Below are positions 50,401 through 64,000 of a stretch of DNA of 64,000 bases, piece after piece. The notes beneath the pieces were generated by a model that had not been told where the DNA came from, searched no databases, and saw nothing but the letters and a program-made list of their open reading frames with translations. The number at the start of each line of letters is the position of its first letter. Positions within the stretch are counted from its first letter, which is position 1. The stretch comes from Thalia democratica. Taxonomy: Eukaryota. A program made the translations under genes and the position numbers. The DNA lies in the NCBI GenBank assembly GCA_965202585.1, contig OZ241829.1, positions 7,316,001 through 7,380,000 of the forward strand. Reading direction: 5' to 3'.

Positions 50401-53400
50401 TTTCATTGTAATTAATTCATAATTTTATGACTAGCATTTATGAATACCAGGGCTGCCACTCTTCAATTCGAAAACTGTACTCTTTTAACCAAATTTCAGC
50501 TTAATTTGAATAAAATTAGAAGCAGCAAAAGCTGTTAATGTACTTTACTTGATATCAATTGAGTTTGAGCACTAATTTACACTAATGATATTCTATATTT
50601 ACAAAAAAATGACAATATTTAATGAAACAATTAATTTTCAAGTATTTAAAATTGAGAAAGCACTACTAAAAAAATAAGTTTTGGCAGCCCTGAAAAATAA
50701 TCTTATATGAAATTTATTATCTTAACATTAACTATTTTGTATAACATATAAAGCACTTACCTCAGTAAGAGCAGTAAACCAAGAACAGACCTGATATTCA
50801 AATTGCCACAAGAAGGTTAGTGGCTACAAGGGTTGATATAGATGACTGCTGTAGAAATAGAAATGTCCAATTTGTTTGTGCTTAATAAAAACTTTTCAGT
50901 GCAACTATGATTAAATAGAAACACATGATAACTCATGTAGCAGACTGCTGATTTGAGACACTTTTTCACCATAAAGGTAAAGAATTTTCTCTGAAATCAT
51001 GAAAAAAAAAAAAGATAATTAATCATATGGTAAGAGTAGGAGACTGTTGGTTTGAGATACTTTTTCAACATAAAGAAAAAACTTTCCTCTGAAATCATAA
51101 AATATTAGATAATTAATCATATGATCAGAGTAGAATACTGTTGATTCAAGATACTTTCAAAACATACAGACATTATTTACATTTCTTTTCTAGCATAAAC
51201 AGTTTAAATTTCAACTGTTAAAGACAATGCTAATATTTTTTTCAAACCAAGTAATTTATTTTATGTGTCTGCTTTTAGTACCTTTTATTACTTACAAAAA
51301 GGTAAACTCTAAAATGATTTATGAAAGTAAAGTAAAAAATGACAAGAGCTGCTACCAGTAACACAACATTTTACTAATGAATGCAATTTCATAAATATTT
51401 CTGCAAACAGAATTGAACATGATTATCACCATAAAGTAGAAGTCTGTTGATTTAAGACAATTTTTTAACATACAGGTAAAGACTTTTCTGTGAAGTTGTC
51501 AACAAAAAGAAAGTAAAACACAAGATTGTTACTATAAAGTAGAAATCTGCTGATTTAAGACAGTTTTTCAACATACAGGTAAAGACTTTTCTTTGAAGTT
51601 GTAAACAAAAAGATAATTAAACACAAGATCATCACTATAAAGTAGAAGTCTGTTGATTTAAATCACTTTGGCAACATGCAGATGATGTAGATTTGTTTTG
51701 TGTTCTTTTTTTTCAACCATAAACAGTTCAAGTTTCAACTTTTAAAGACAACTTTGATTTTTTTCATACTAAGTGATTTATACTAAGTGATTGGTTTTGA
51801 ATTGTATGTGCTTGTACTTAAAGTACCTTTTATAACTTACAAAAACTTATAAAAGGAAAACTCTAAAAATACTTATGTAAAGAAAGTTTAAGTAAAAATT
51901 TGATGACCTACCACTCCTATGAAAACTTTCCTAAAATGAATTGCAATTTCTTAAAAAATTTCTGCAAACAGAATTTTTGTATAATTACGTAACAAATAAA
52001 TCTTGTGCAAAAAATTCACTTGGTGACATTCACGAGTTCTCTCTTCTCTCGCTTTGATAATTTTAAGCTAATTTTAAACTTTTAGCTATACTTTTTTTAA
52101 ACCTTGGTTTTTTCAAAAAAAAAATTTACCATCATGTCGAGCGCCGAATTCTGCTTCAAAAAACACCAAACACTTTATAAAAAGGATGAAAAATAAGCAA
52201 AATAGAACTTAAAAACTTCAAAGCTTTGAATTTAAATTTTAAGTTTTGTCAAACTTGTAAAAGGTGTTTCACTTTATCATAATTATTTCAGTATTATTTG
52301 TCAAGTTTCACTAAAGTAAAGATTTAACTTTTTTTTATACTAAAACTTTTTTATGTTTTTCATTTAAAACATAGTGATAAAAATGACCAATAATCTAACA
52401 CTTTAAGCTAACAGCTAACATTTACATTGAAAGCTACTGAAATCTAGTTGATAAAACTTATTGATTAGTGTAGTACTTATTTATAAATTAATGCTTAACT
52501 CTAGAATTAAAGAGAACATTTAGTTGCAATAAGTATGAGAATACACACTTATACAAACACCAATGTTTAGCTTAACTTTACAAACTTTAATGGGACGTAT
52601 CAAAACACTAACAATGCTGTTAAGCAAAGTAAAAAAACGTTAACCTGTTTTTAAACTTTTGTCTATGTTTTTTTAAAACCTTGTTTTACTTTTAAATAAA
52701 TTTTACCACCATGTCGAGCACCAAATCCTGCTTAAAAAAACACCAAACAGTTTAAAAAAAGGATGCATATAAAAACATTTATAATAGTAAAACGGTTGAC
52801 TTACTTTTTACTGATCATAGACTTAAGATTTTCTAAATATATTTCCTATTGTTATAAGTATCTAAAATATACATATCTATAAATTATATTTGTTGTAAGC
52901 GATTTTTTTGATTTATAACCTGTCTATTTTCAAAGCTACTTTATAAACTTCAATCAATAATAAATATTAAAACTTTTTTATACATATTTTGCGTCATTTT
53001 TACAACTTAGCTTAAATTTTTATAAACTTCAAAATATATACTTAATAAACAGATTATTCTACCTTTAATTACGTATTAAAGTTGTATAAAGTATGTAAGA
53101 ATACCCTTTTGCTTTACATTTAAGAATAACTTTTTAATCTAATAGAGTTAATATTATTTCAATGATTTCTAGCTATATAAGAAGTTAGTTTTGATAGCTC
53201 TATATACATATATTGAATGATAATAAAGACTAACATTCTTTTGCTAATACGTTTATTAATTTAACTGCTGATAACAGCAAACAGACCGAAAATCAGCTAC
53301 TTCAACACCCGTACTTAACCCTAAATTATTAAATTAACTTTAATAAAAACATAAATTAATTGTGGTTTATAGTCTTAGAAGGATTTTAAACTTTTAAGTT

Positions 53401-53601
53401 TGAATCAACTCAAAAACTAACGCTGTCGAATGCTATATAAATAAAGTTTTAATGCTAATTTATCAAAACCATCTTTAACTATCTGTTTGTTTTCCAATTA
53501 TTTTTAAACTCTATAGTGTACACAATTTCGTTAAACAAAACTGTAAATAAAAAATGAAAACAAATTTTATTTTAAAAACCATTTATCCGTTTTAAATAAA
53601 G

Positions 53602-55707
53602 TGTCACAGCCAGTTGACGAAGTTGATCTACTTGCCCAGGAGACTTGGTGAGAGTTGGTAAAGGAGAATTGTCTGGTTTGACTTGAAAAATAACTAAAAT
53701 TGACGTCACAATGCTGCCAAGTCACCTAGAGTTTAAGGTTAGCCAACATTAGCTTGTAAACTCAATAAAATATTAAAATAAAGTATATTTCGTCAAACTT
53801 TCATAAGTTAAGAGAAAATTATAAGTTTATTAACTTTATCAAAAAATAAGTTTTATATATAGTAATTGTAAACTAAGCTAACTAGTTGAAAGCTGAAATA
53901 AGATTTATTTTTGTCCGAGGAGTCTCTGGAATTAAAAGCGCAACGAGGTCAGGAAACAATTTAATGTTGGTAACCATGTTAAATTTATCAATGGAAAGCA
54001 TATGGTTCATACAGGTAACAATAAACGCTAATGTAAACTTTCAGCGATTATTATTACTTGTTCAGCTAAAGTTTTAGATAATGTTCAAGCTAATATGGAT
54101 TTTACCTCGTTATAGTTTTAAGTTAATAGTATAAGTAGCTTTAAAGTTATATTTTTATAAAATTATTTTGAACTTTTGTTATAGTTTTCTGTGTTTTAGA
54201 ATTAGTGAATGTTGTTATTATAATAACTTAAATTTTTTAATCAACTTTACGGTTACTGTGTATATAATAATAGTAGTAAAAAAGTACAATACGTTTTTTT
54301 CGTACTATGAATAATAAATACAAATATTTTTTTTATTTTAAAGCTGAAACACATATACTTATTATATTTATTTAAACAGGTCTAGTATTGACAGTTAAAC
54401 CGAATAATGTTGTCATCATAGCAGACCTGACACTAGGAAAGCTGGAAGTTTTGCCTCGAGACCTGCACCTATTCGATAGGAGGTTTCAAATACAGCAACT
54501 GTTAAAATGTTGTCTAATACAATGTGATGCATGATTGAATAAAAAAAAATCAATTAGAAAAATATGTTGTAGTGCGAAGTACATATAAACAAGTCGAACG
54601 AAAATTAAATATTATATTGATTGTTTGTATTGACAAACAGTTGTTAAAATTTTAATTTTATCATCAATTAATTTTCAGTTTTAAAGTGACAAAATAAGTC
54701 TTTACCACTTTGTCTACAAAATGTCTAGAAATCAGCCCTATCGACTTTAAATGATTAGGCCTTTCTTGAAATTAACATTGAGAAAAACTACAAAAAAATT
54801 GAAATGAAATAACATTAAGTATATTTGTGAAGACTTTGAAGTATATTTGTGAAGACTTTAAACTTATTTATAAAGGGCTGCCAACCTCTACCTTAGATTT
54901 TTAAAAAACTTTTATGTAGCTATAAAATAATTTCAAGTATGAAACAATCGAAATTTACTTTATTTAATATAGCAATAAATTTTATTTTTAAGTATTTTTA
55001 ATAATTTAAGTAAACTTAGTAGGATTATATTTTTCTGGGCAGTTATATTACCTTTATTGTGTACAGTTTGGTTTGACAGGTGCTACAGCAGAATGCGTGT
55101 TTTAAATACAAGTGTTTTGTATCTTACATGATTTACCGATTTGAGTAATTTGTACTCAAAGCAATAATATAAAACTTTTTTAAAAGTTAAACAAGTACAG
55201 TAGGTTTTCGCTTAAGTACGTATCTAGTACGTATCTAATTACAACTAATTTTGAACACTGACCTTAAAGTAAACTCTACCAATATGAAATTATAAATCTA
55301 CAGCTTTTTATGTTTGCTTTTTTTGAACTAGAATATCTTAAATAAAAATTCTTTAGAGCAAGTCTTCTACTTTATTGGGTGTTGTGAATATAAAACTAGT
55401 GCACTGCTAAGCTTTAAAACTTTTGTACGCTAGCTATTACATTATACATATAATTCATATTTTTGTTGAACAGTATTAATAAATTGTCTAATATTGTTTC
55501 ATTTCGTAAATTTAGATAAAACATTTAAGAATTGATGTTAATGAAAAATACGCAAGAAATAAACAATTTAACAGCGGTCATAAAGTTTTCGGAAAAAATT
55601 ATTACGGCACAGAATCTGAAGTAATACGAGATTTTGTATTACTTCATTCAAATTATAAAACATTACTAAACTTAGTTCAAAATATTTATTATTATATGAT
55701 AATATAA
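53602..55707 (+). pseudogene. SPT5: SPT5-like KOW2-KOW4 relic, further copy
   Basis: Same exons as 28027-30132. Confidence 0.8.
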
Positions 55708-56712
55708 CATAATAAACTTATTATTTATTTTTTAGTGAATAATAAAACATGTTAGCAAAAGGTGTTTTATAAACTGATAAGCTTTAAAAGCTATCAATAC
55801 AATGAACCTTTTCATATTAAAAGCAAATGAAAAAATAAATGATAACTATTGAAAAGTATATTTTTTATCATGTTTCTGACTAATATGACATTATACTAAT
55901 TCAATAATGCTGTGAATTCGGACTTATGATGACGTGTTTTGAACTAAACTCTTTTGAAAACCTTTATGTGAGTTGACGTTTGTTTATCAGGTTCACTAAT
56001 AGTATGTATGGGGTATGATGATGCAATTTCTTATAACTTAAGTTTTGACATTTATTCTCGTAATATAAACAAACTACTGAGTTAATTTTTTTAGTTTGTT
56101 ATAGAGTTGTTTTTTATTAAAGATAGTTTATTGAGATAGATTAACAATATTATAATGCTATTAGCTGTTAAAAATTATTTATTTATAAAATAAGTTTAAC
56201 TTTATTTTTAACATTCTGTTAAGTTAACAATATTTTTATAAAAAGTTTTTTTTAAATAGACAATTTATGTTTCAATCCATTTTGACAAGTATCATAAAAA
56301 GGAAATAACTAGGATATTTTACTGTTTGTCAGTTCAGACCCTTCAATTAATTTTTGAATAACTTGAACTTTATTACAATATCAGCAAAAATTATGACATT
56401 TTCAAAAGTCTTAATTAGTTACTACAAACCATCTGTTTTATTAGTTGAAAATTGAAATTTACCGTAAAATATTACAACTCACTTTATTGTTCTTATTATT
56501 ATTATTATATCAAGGTTTTATATATAAGTAAATGATAAAAATTTTAGGAAGTCAAAGTGCAAAATAAATAGTAGTGTTAAGATATTGAAAAAAAAAAAAG
56601 CAAATGAATTACTATTTTTATTGAGGTTATTTTTAATGTAATTAAAAATCTAAACATTCTACTTTTTTAACAGCTTTAAAAATTTAGATCAGATAAAATA
56701 ACTAATAATTGT

Positions 56713-57442
56713 TTAGATAAGTTCTTCCAGTTTCACTCTTGTTACTGGATCTGGATTTAGCATGCGAACAATCAATTCAAACAAATCCTTTTCTCCAGCG
56801 TCGTTCTTATCAAAATAAGACTCTATCTTCTTAACTTCGCCTTTTATGTATACAAACTCTGGCTCTTTCAAAAAATCTATTTCATTTTCATCCTTTGACA
56901 ACTTTTGACCAACCTTCTTCTTTTTATCATCTTCGGTCAATTTCAAGTTTATCCTCTTGATTTCATGTTGAGTAAATGGACCAATCATCAAGTGGATCAT
57001 CCTGAAAAGTTCCTGAACAGTATCCACCTTGAAAAGTAATTTTCCTGTAAAAAGTTCGAACAAAGTGCAGCCGATCGACCAAACATCGCATGGATACCCG
57101 ATCTGTTGAAATAATACTAATGTTAAGTTTATAAATCCTAGTTTAATTACGAGGCAAAACATACAAGTACTTTGTTTATAAGATTACACTTCTTTTGAAG
57201 ATAATGGCTTACTCTTTTAAAGATATTTATTTATAATAAGTTGCTTGTTTAAGTAAAGTAGTTTACTTACTGAGTAATCTACTTAAACAACCTTGTGGCC
57301 CATTATGACGTCAGGAGCGCGGTACTGAAGTGTTGTTATGACGTCAAAGTTGAATTCTTCCTCCCAGTACACAGAGCCAAGGTCGCACAATTTGATGTCA
57401 GGCTTCATGTAAAAATCATTTTTCCACTGGTGGTAGTAATAC
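56713..57442 (-). CDS. CMGC kinase C-lobe exons (57442-57292, 57102-56713), copy 5
   Basis: Same two exons, open. Confidence 0.85.
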
Positions 57443-57565
57443 CTGTTTAACAAAAATGTAAATAAACTACATATTATTTAATCATTAACATTTGAATATT
57501 AATAAATATCTGTATAGTTTAAAATAGAATAACAAATATTTCTTTAGTAAGACGTATAATGGCAT

Positions 57566-58711
57566 TGAAATTTGAGTTAAATTACAAACGATATTAATTA
57601 AAACTGCTTAAAGCACGTTTTTTAATAAAATTATACTGTTCATTTAGACCTCAAGTTAAACGAACTATGAGTTACCCCATAATCGAGTATCACAAAATAT
57701 ACTTGAAATTTAAGTTAAATTACAAACGATATTAATTAAAACTGCTTAAAGCACGTTTTTTAATAAAATTATACTGTTCATTATAAATATAAAGTTTAAA
57801 TTAGACCTTAAATTAAACGAACTATGAGTTACCCCATAATTGAGTATCACAAAATATACTTGAAATTTAAGTTAAATGACAAACGATATTAATTAAAACT
57901 GCTTAAAGCACGTTTTTTAATAAAAATATATTATTCATTAAAAATATAAAGTTTCATTTAGACCTCAAGTTAAACGAACTATGAGTTACCCCATAATTGA
58001 GTATCACAAAATATACTTGAAATTTAAGTTAAATGACAAACGATATTAATTAAAACTGCTTAAAGCACGTTTTTTAATAAAAATATATTATTCATTAAAA
58101 ATATAAAGTTTCATTTAGACCTCAAGTTAAACGAACTATGAGTTACCCCATAACCGAGTATCACAAAATATACTTGAAATTTAAATTAAATTACAAACGA
58201 GATTAAATCAAACTGCTTAAAGCACGTTTTTTAATAAAAATATACTATTCATTACAAATATAAAGTTTCATTTAGACCTCAAATTAAACGAACTATGAGT
58301 TACCCCATAATCGAGTATCACAAAATATACTTAAAATTTAAGTTAAATTACAAACGATATTAATTAAAACTGCTTAAAGCACGTTTTTTAATAAAATTAT
58401 ACTGTTCATTATAAATATAAAGTTTCATTTAGACCTCAAGTTAAACGAACTATGAGTTACCCCATAATCGAGTATCACAAAATATACTTGAAATTTAAGT
58501 TAAATTACAAACGATATTAATTAAAACTGCTTAAAGCACGTTTTTTAATAAAATTATACTGTTCATTATAAATATAAAGTTTCATTTAGACCTCAAGTTA
58601 AACGAACTATGAGTTACCCCATAATCGAGTATCACAAAATATACTTGAAATTTAAGTTAAATTACAAACGAGATTAATTAAAACTGCTTAAAGCACGTTT
58701 TTTAATAAAAT
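57566..58711. repeat. 157-bp tandem array, 7 monomers + partial
   Basis: Same monomer order as copy 3. Confidence 0.97.
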
Positions 58712-58913
58712 ACAAATAGAGACCTTATAAGACCAACCAAGCACCTTCTACGACAAATATCGCTCCTACAAAGTACTTGGCTAGTACTGATTTAACTGCT
58801 TCTAGAAAAAATAGTACTTCCATCGTTTTTGGTCCTACACGTGGTTATGATCCACCTGGTTCGAGATTTCTCGGAAGTCACCTTCAAAAAGAACCCACAC
58901 CAGTAATTACAAC

Positions 58914-59273
58914 TTGCTTATGCTCGATTTCAATCGCGTAAACTCCACATTAAGCAGGGTCATAAGAAATCAGCAGTCAGATCACACGCTGTTGGAAGAA
59001 CTTAAGCAGCAAATAGACCGTAATCTCAAAACGTATGAAAGTCGCTTTGATTCGCTTGATCAAAGTGCAGCTGATAATCAAAACCGTTTTGATAACATTG
59101 TCAAGCGCTTTGACTATTTTGATAAACTTCATGATGATGCAAAAGGCGAAAGAAGGCAAAGGTGCGCAACCATTGCAAGTGTGTTACAAGTCGTTTTTCT
59201 AATTGCAATAATTGTGTTATTGTCTGTACAGTTGTACTACATTAATCAGCTCTTCTCAAGTTTCTCTGAATAA
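58914..59273 (+). CDS. Coiled-coil + C-terminal TM ORF, copy 5
   Basis: Identical 119-aa translation, with one synonymous AAC>AAT change. Confidence 0.55.
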   Translation: MLMLDFNRVNSTLSRVIRNQQSDHTLLEELKQQIDRNLKTYESRFDSLDQSAADNQNRFDNIVKRFDYFDKLHDDAKGERRQRCATIASVLQVVFLIAIIVLLSVQLYYINQLFSSFSE

Positions 59274-62200
59274 CTTTTATAAATTAATTTCAGACTTCAG
59301 ACTTGTGATCACCTTCTTTTTCAGTGTCACTTTTATCAGATCTTTTTTTTTATACTCTTTTGATTTATTGTCAATTTTTACCGCCTTAGCTGTTAATTCA
59401 GTTATTCGTTTTTAATAAATATTTATAAAATTAACTTTGTTATATTATTTATTATAATTAGTTTAAAAGATAAATAGTATCAGCATTATATATACTAACT
59501 ATAAAACAAGAAAATAGTTCACAAAAAAAATAGAAATGAAGAAAAGTAACCTACCTTTTAGGAGCTGTAACATAGATGCTAATTAAAGTAAAAATTCTTA
59601 GTTATTGAAAATAGTTAAACTAAAAAAATAAGATTAAAAAAGTCAACGAAATTTTGTTAGTTAAAAAGTTTTGCAGTGCGGACTCGAACTCGGGTCTCTG
59701 GATTGGAAGGCACCGGTGGTGACCTCTCCGCCATGATTCCACTTGGATACTATTACATTTTCGAGTATACATAACAAAATTATTTTCATAATCGATGTTT
59801 TGGCAACTATCAATGAAACTCGAACCCAAAATATTTTATTGGAATAAGCACAATGGAGTTAATTTGAAGCTGTATCAAAAAGTAGTGTATAAATACAACA
59901 TTAAACAATTTTTGATGATTTTTATACCTTTCAAAGACAGTTCACTTGTTAACACACTATTGCACAGTCAGTTAGTTTTACTATTAATCTAATCGCAACC
60001 CTTACCGTTGGTCAGTAATTTTTTTTCTTAACATATTCAAAGAAAGCTTTTTGGTATCATTGCTCATTTTCCGAAAAAAAAAACTGGAAAACTTACAAAA
60101 AGTCATAAAAATAACATAAAATCAAAAATTCCTCAACAAAACTTCATTTGAGTCGTTTCAAAATGTTCACAATCTGTTTGTGTGTAGCCACATTTAAAAT
60201 AAATCAGCTTAAAACTCCAAGGTCGCTTTTTTTTGATCCCATTTTGCATTGGCGTGGAAATTAGAAAATCGGTTTGAGGTAAGGTGAAAGTTTCTTCAAA
60301 TCATTTAAGTCAACACAGAAAAATTAACACCAAAGCATAACTTTTTTAACAACTTTTCTAACCATATTTTAGTTCTTTGTGTTTGTTTTTAATGAAATTA
60401 GAACTATTCTATTCAATTTATGTTTTTTGAACTAAGTTTATTCTATTCGTTGATATTTGTAAATACCTTCTGTTACGGAATTATTGTTTTGAAAACGGAA
60501 TACTTTTGTACATAGTAAAGTTAAAGAATAATTTAAGATGCTGACTAATTAAACCTAAAATATTGATAAAATTTTATCAATAAAACTGGTTACCACCGGT
60601 CTCGATCTCGCGACCTTCTGCTCACGCATAAGGTCGGCGATCGCTGAACCACACAACCACTTGCTTGTTGACTTCAATGCTGGTATATAAAGTTTAAAAA
60701 CTTTAGATTTATATAAGTTCATTTAGTACTTATTAGTTTACCTTTCTGTAAATTGCTATTATTTTTTATTTGAAACATATTTACAAAGATAAGACTGTTT
60801 TTTTTTACACATAACGTTTACGTGAATTTTAATACTTGAAAGTTTTCCATTCAAAAGCTGCATAAGCAGAGCAAGTGTACTTATTAAAGGCAGTTTAGAT
60901 TTTTGTTGCTTAAATCTAATTTAAAAGAACAAAACTGATTAAATGCTTTGATAATAAGAAAAATTCAGCAAAACTTTTTTTTGTACATTTAAAGTATTAA
61001 AACTTTATAAATTAAACAAACTTATCCAGCTTTAATTAGCTATTATGGCAAAACAGATGCAAATATAACCTAACAGTTTATATATTATCGAAAATCAGAA
61101 CTAAAGCAAAGGAGATATATTTCAAAATTAAAATCAACATTATAACAGTATTTATATCACAAAGCAAAGTTTTAGAAACATCACAAGCATTTACGTTGTC
61201 GTTTTTATATTTTGTTGAACCAGCCAGTAATGAAAATTATATGGGTATGAATAAAATGTGGTAGAATATCTAAATTTTTAAATCATCAATGCCAGGAATT
61301 CTAATTTACCTGCCTGGACTTTTATGTCAAATAAATTCACGTGGTTGCTTATAATAATGATAAATTTAAGATTATTGATTGTAATGTCTAATTAAGCAGA
61401 AGTATAATAAAGAATGTAAGGCTGAACTACATTAATTCCAGGCGTTTCTACAGTTAAAAGACCAAGTTTACCCTTCATTTTACATATGATTTGATTTTTT
61501 AAAATAATGAAAAGTGTTAAGGTTAACCGAGAAAAAAAAGATACTTTAAAAAACTTAAACTTAGTAGATGTACTTCAAAACATAGGTAAGTAAGGATATC
61601 AATGTCTTTCAAACTAATTAACAGCAAATTTATGCTTAGATATAAGACATTAGAAAGCATTGTATATGATACACATAAAAAACCCTGTAGACCAAAACCT
61701 TGGCTTAGATGGCACTAAATAATTGTTATTAAAATATAACTAAAAATAAAAACTTAAAGTTATAATGGTACTTAGTCGGTGTAACGGTATTTGATTTATT
61801 TTATCAAAAGTACAGAGCTTGTACCTACCATTGTTTATTTATTTTAACACATACGGTGGTAAATAAAGTTATATATAATGGTTAAATCTAATAGAGACCT
61901 TTAAACTCATAAAGGCTCTAAATGGAATTTTATTTGAACTGTAATTATTACTTAAAAGAAACAGTTTAATGTTTTAAATTTATAGCTAAATACATATGTT
62001 GTTTGTGATATAAAACTAGAAACGATCATGTAAATCATATAAAAATTAGATTCATTTATATACAGCAGTAAAATATTTAAGAGCTAATTGCCATATATAT
62101 TTGTATCTGTTAGTTTAATTAAGATGCACATTATCCAATACATGGACATATAGTTAGTGTTATTCATTACTATATAAGTTGCTTTATTCAACTTAAAAAT

Positions 62201-64000
62201 ATAGAGCAATTAAATAATTTATAAAACATACCATACACATACAACTAAAGTGTAAGTGAAATTTATGCTAAACTAAGTTTAAACTGTATAAGACTACAAA
62301 GTGATGACGTAATAATAGTAAAAAGGTAAAAATGAAAAATATCACATAATTACTTGAAAAATCGTGGACAAAAACAGTCTGATTTATTAGAGTCTAATTT
62401 AAAAAATGCCTAAACTGTTTTATACAAGTTAAGACGTAAATACTTACTTGTGTAAATGGAAAACTTTAGCGTAGATTTTCCAAAATTTAAGTTGTTGTGG
62501 AGTGACAACGATACTAATTAAAACGAGAAGTTAATGTACTCACTTACTTTGTATAGTTTATCAAGTAACCAACAAAAGATGTTATCAGACCTGCTGATCA
62601 ACAAAGTAATAATAAATATAATCAAAACAGTGGTCAAACTTGAAATAGACATATACCAAATGTTAAATGTAATATAAATTAATTCAATGTACCTACTACA
62701 GAATGTTACTTAACATATAAGTTTTAGTAGATAATTATAAATGCCATAACAACTAAACAAATGATTAGCTTTGATGTATTACAAACTTGCCATAACTAAC
62801 TTTCAATTGACCTTTATAATTAAACAAACTAAGATGTAATTTATTTACTAGACATACTAGGTATTTAATACTGTGTAACAATGTAATTAGCTAAATGACG
62901 ACAATAAAATGATCCTGATAAATAAAATTACAAAGTAAGTTGAAGTGTTTATTATAGAATAATACCAGGCTGTCTACTACAAATCTGTAGCGTTTGTAGT
63001 ACGACACCAAAGATACATACTATAAAACATAAAACTTTACTTGTAATTTATATATGTTAATATTGAGTTTAAAAGAAAAATAACATACCAAAAAATTGTG
63101 CGTAACTACTCGTACATCAAACAAAAAACTAATTAGGTGCCGACCAGCATAAGGACGCGGCCTAAAGGACGGCTTTCGTTATTTGTGCAAAAGTCCCGGG
63201 AGCAAGAGCTGCTCCGATAGGAGCAGCTCGCAGCGGGAGGGACTTAAAAACAAATAACGAAAGCTGTCCGCTACCACTTTAACCCAAAACCGAACTACTT
63301 CTTAGAGCTCAGTACCACACTTTTATCTGGTTTGGCTGTCAGGCTTACTAACTGGGCTCAAAGCGTAATTAGGTTTTTAAGAAAAAATGGTTGGGAGAAA
63401 AAGTGAAAAATTTTTCGCCGGCAGAGCCGGCGAAATGACTTAAAAATGATTTTTTAAATAATCTACCCAAAAATTTTCCAAAAAAACTTTTGATTTGGGG
63501 AAATCCCCATTTTGAAAAAAATTTGTGCGGCTTGGCTTAAAAATTAAGTGACTACCTTATAGCGTACTCCTTAAACATAACCCTAACTTACTACCATATA
63601 GTTGTTAACTAAAAAATGAATGTCTTTTTAGGTGGTAATAGTAGGATTAATCTTAATTTGGAATATTATTAATTTTTCGAAGGTGTTATCATTGTAATAA
63701 TAAATACCTATAACCATAAAATTCGTGTGAGACATGTTAAATAGTCTTTTCTTTTTGGAATGTTTGTTGTGACACAGTCTAATAACAGTATCCAAAACTT
63801 ATAACTTAAATTTGAGTACTGCTAACATTTTGATTTGATGTTATGTTAACACAATATCAATCGAAAACTTTTAATAAAATAAATACTTATTGTAGTTATT
63901 AGGCTGATTTACAACAAATATTCAAAAAAAAGCCATTTTCACATGTCATTCTATAAAGCCACTGCAAATCATACTTGATCTAGTCAGATAAGAGTCTGGC

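Larger units (their letters stand above)
40814..55607. repeat. Large tandem repeat unit 4 (14,794 bp)
   Basis: Complete collinear copy with a 7-monomer array. Confidence 0.97.
55608..64000. repeat. Large tandem repeat unit 5 (partial, runs off window)
   Basis: Collinear with the first ~8.4 kb of the other units. Confidence 0.97.

Overview
Very AT-rich eukaryotic (animal-like) genomic DNA with GT-AG introns and no prokaryotic features. The whole window is a head-to-tail array of a ~14-16 kb unit. Taking 'cacagaatctgaag' as the marker, units start at 1, 13995, 30033, 40814 and 55608 (last partial), and a 100-N gap sits at 39549-39648. Each unit carries: (i) a minus-strand CLK/DYRK-like (CMGC) kinase whose two C-lobe exons are intact and splice in frame, while the N-lobe and catalytic-loop exons are full of stops; (ii) antisense inside a kinase intron, a 157-bp tandem array (3/15/7/7/7 monomers) followed by a coiled-coil + C-terminal TM ORF; the monomer may be an exon+intron unit encoding PQVKRTMSYPII; (iii) a previously unflagged plus-strand, multi-exon but disrupted SPT5 (SUPT5H) KOW2-KOW4 relic, absent from the ORF track; (iv) two tRNA-derived heads, a hairpin-rich element with a 31-bp stem, several MITE-like elements and old internal duplications. 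Diagnostic variants are mosaic among copies. All homology calls are by eye against remembered family sequences; no database search was run.
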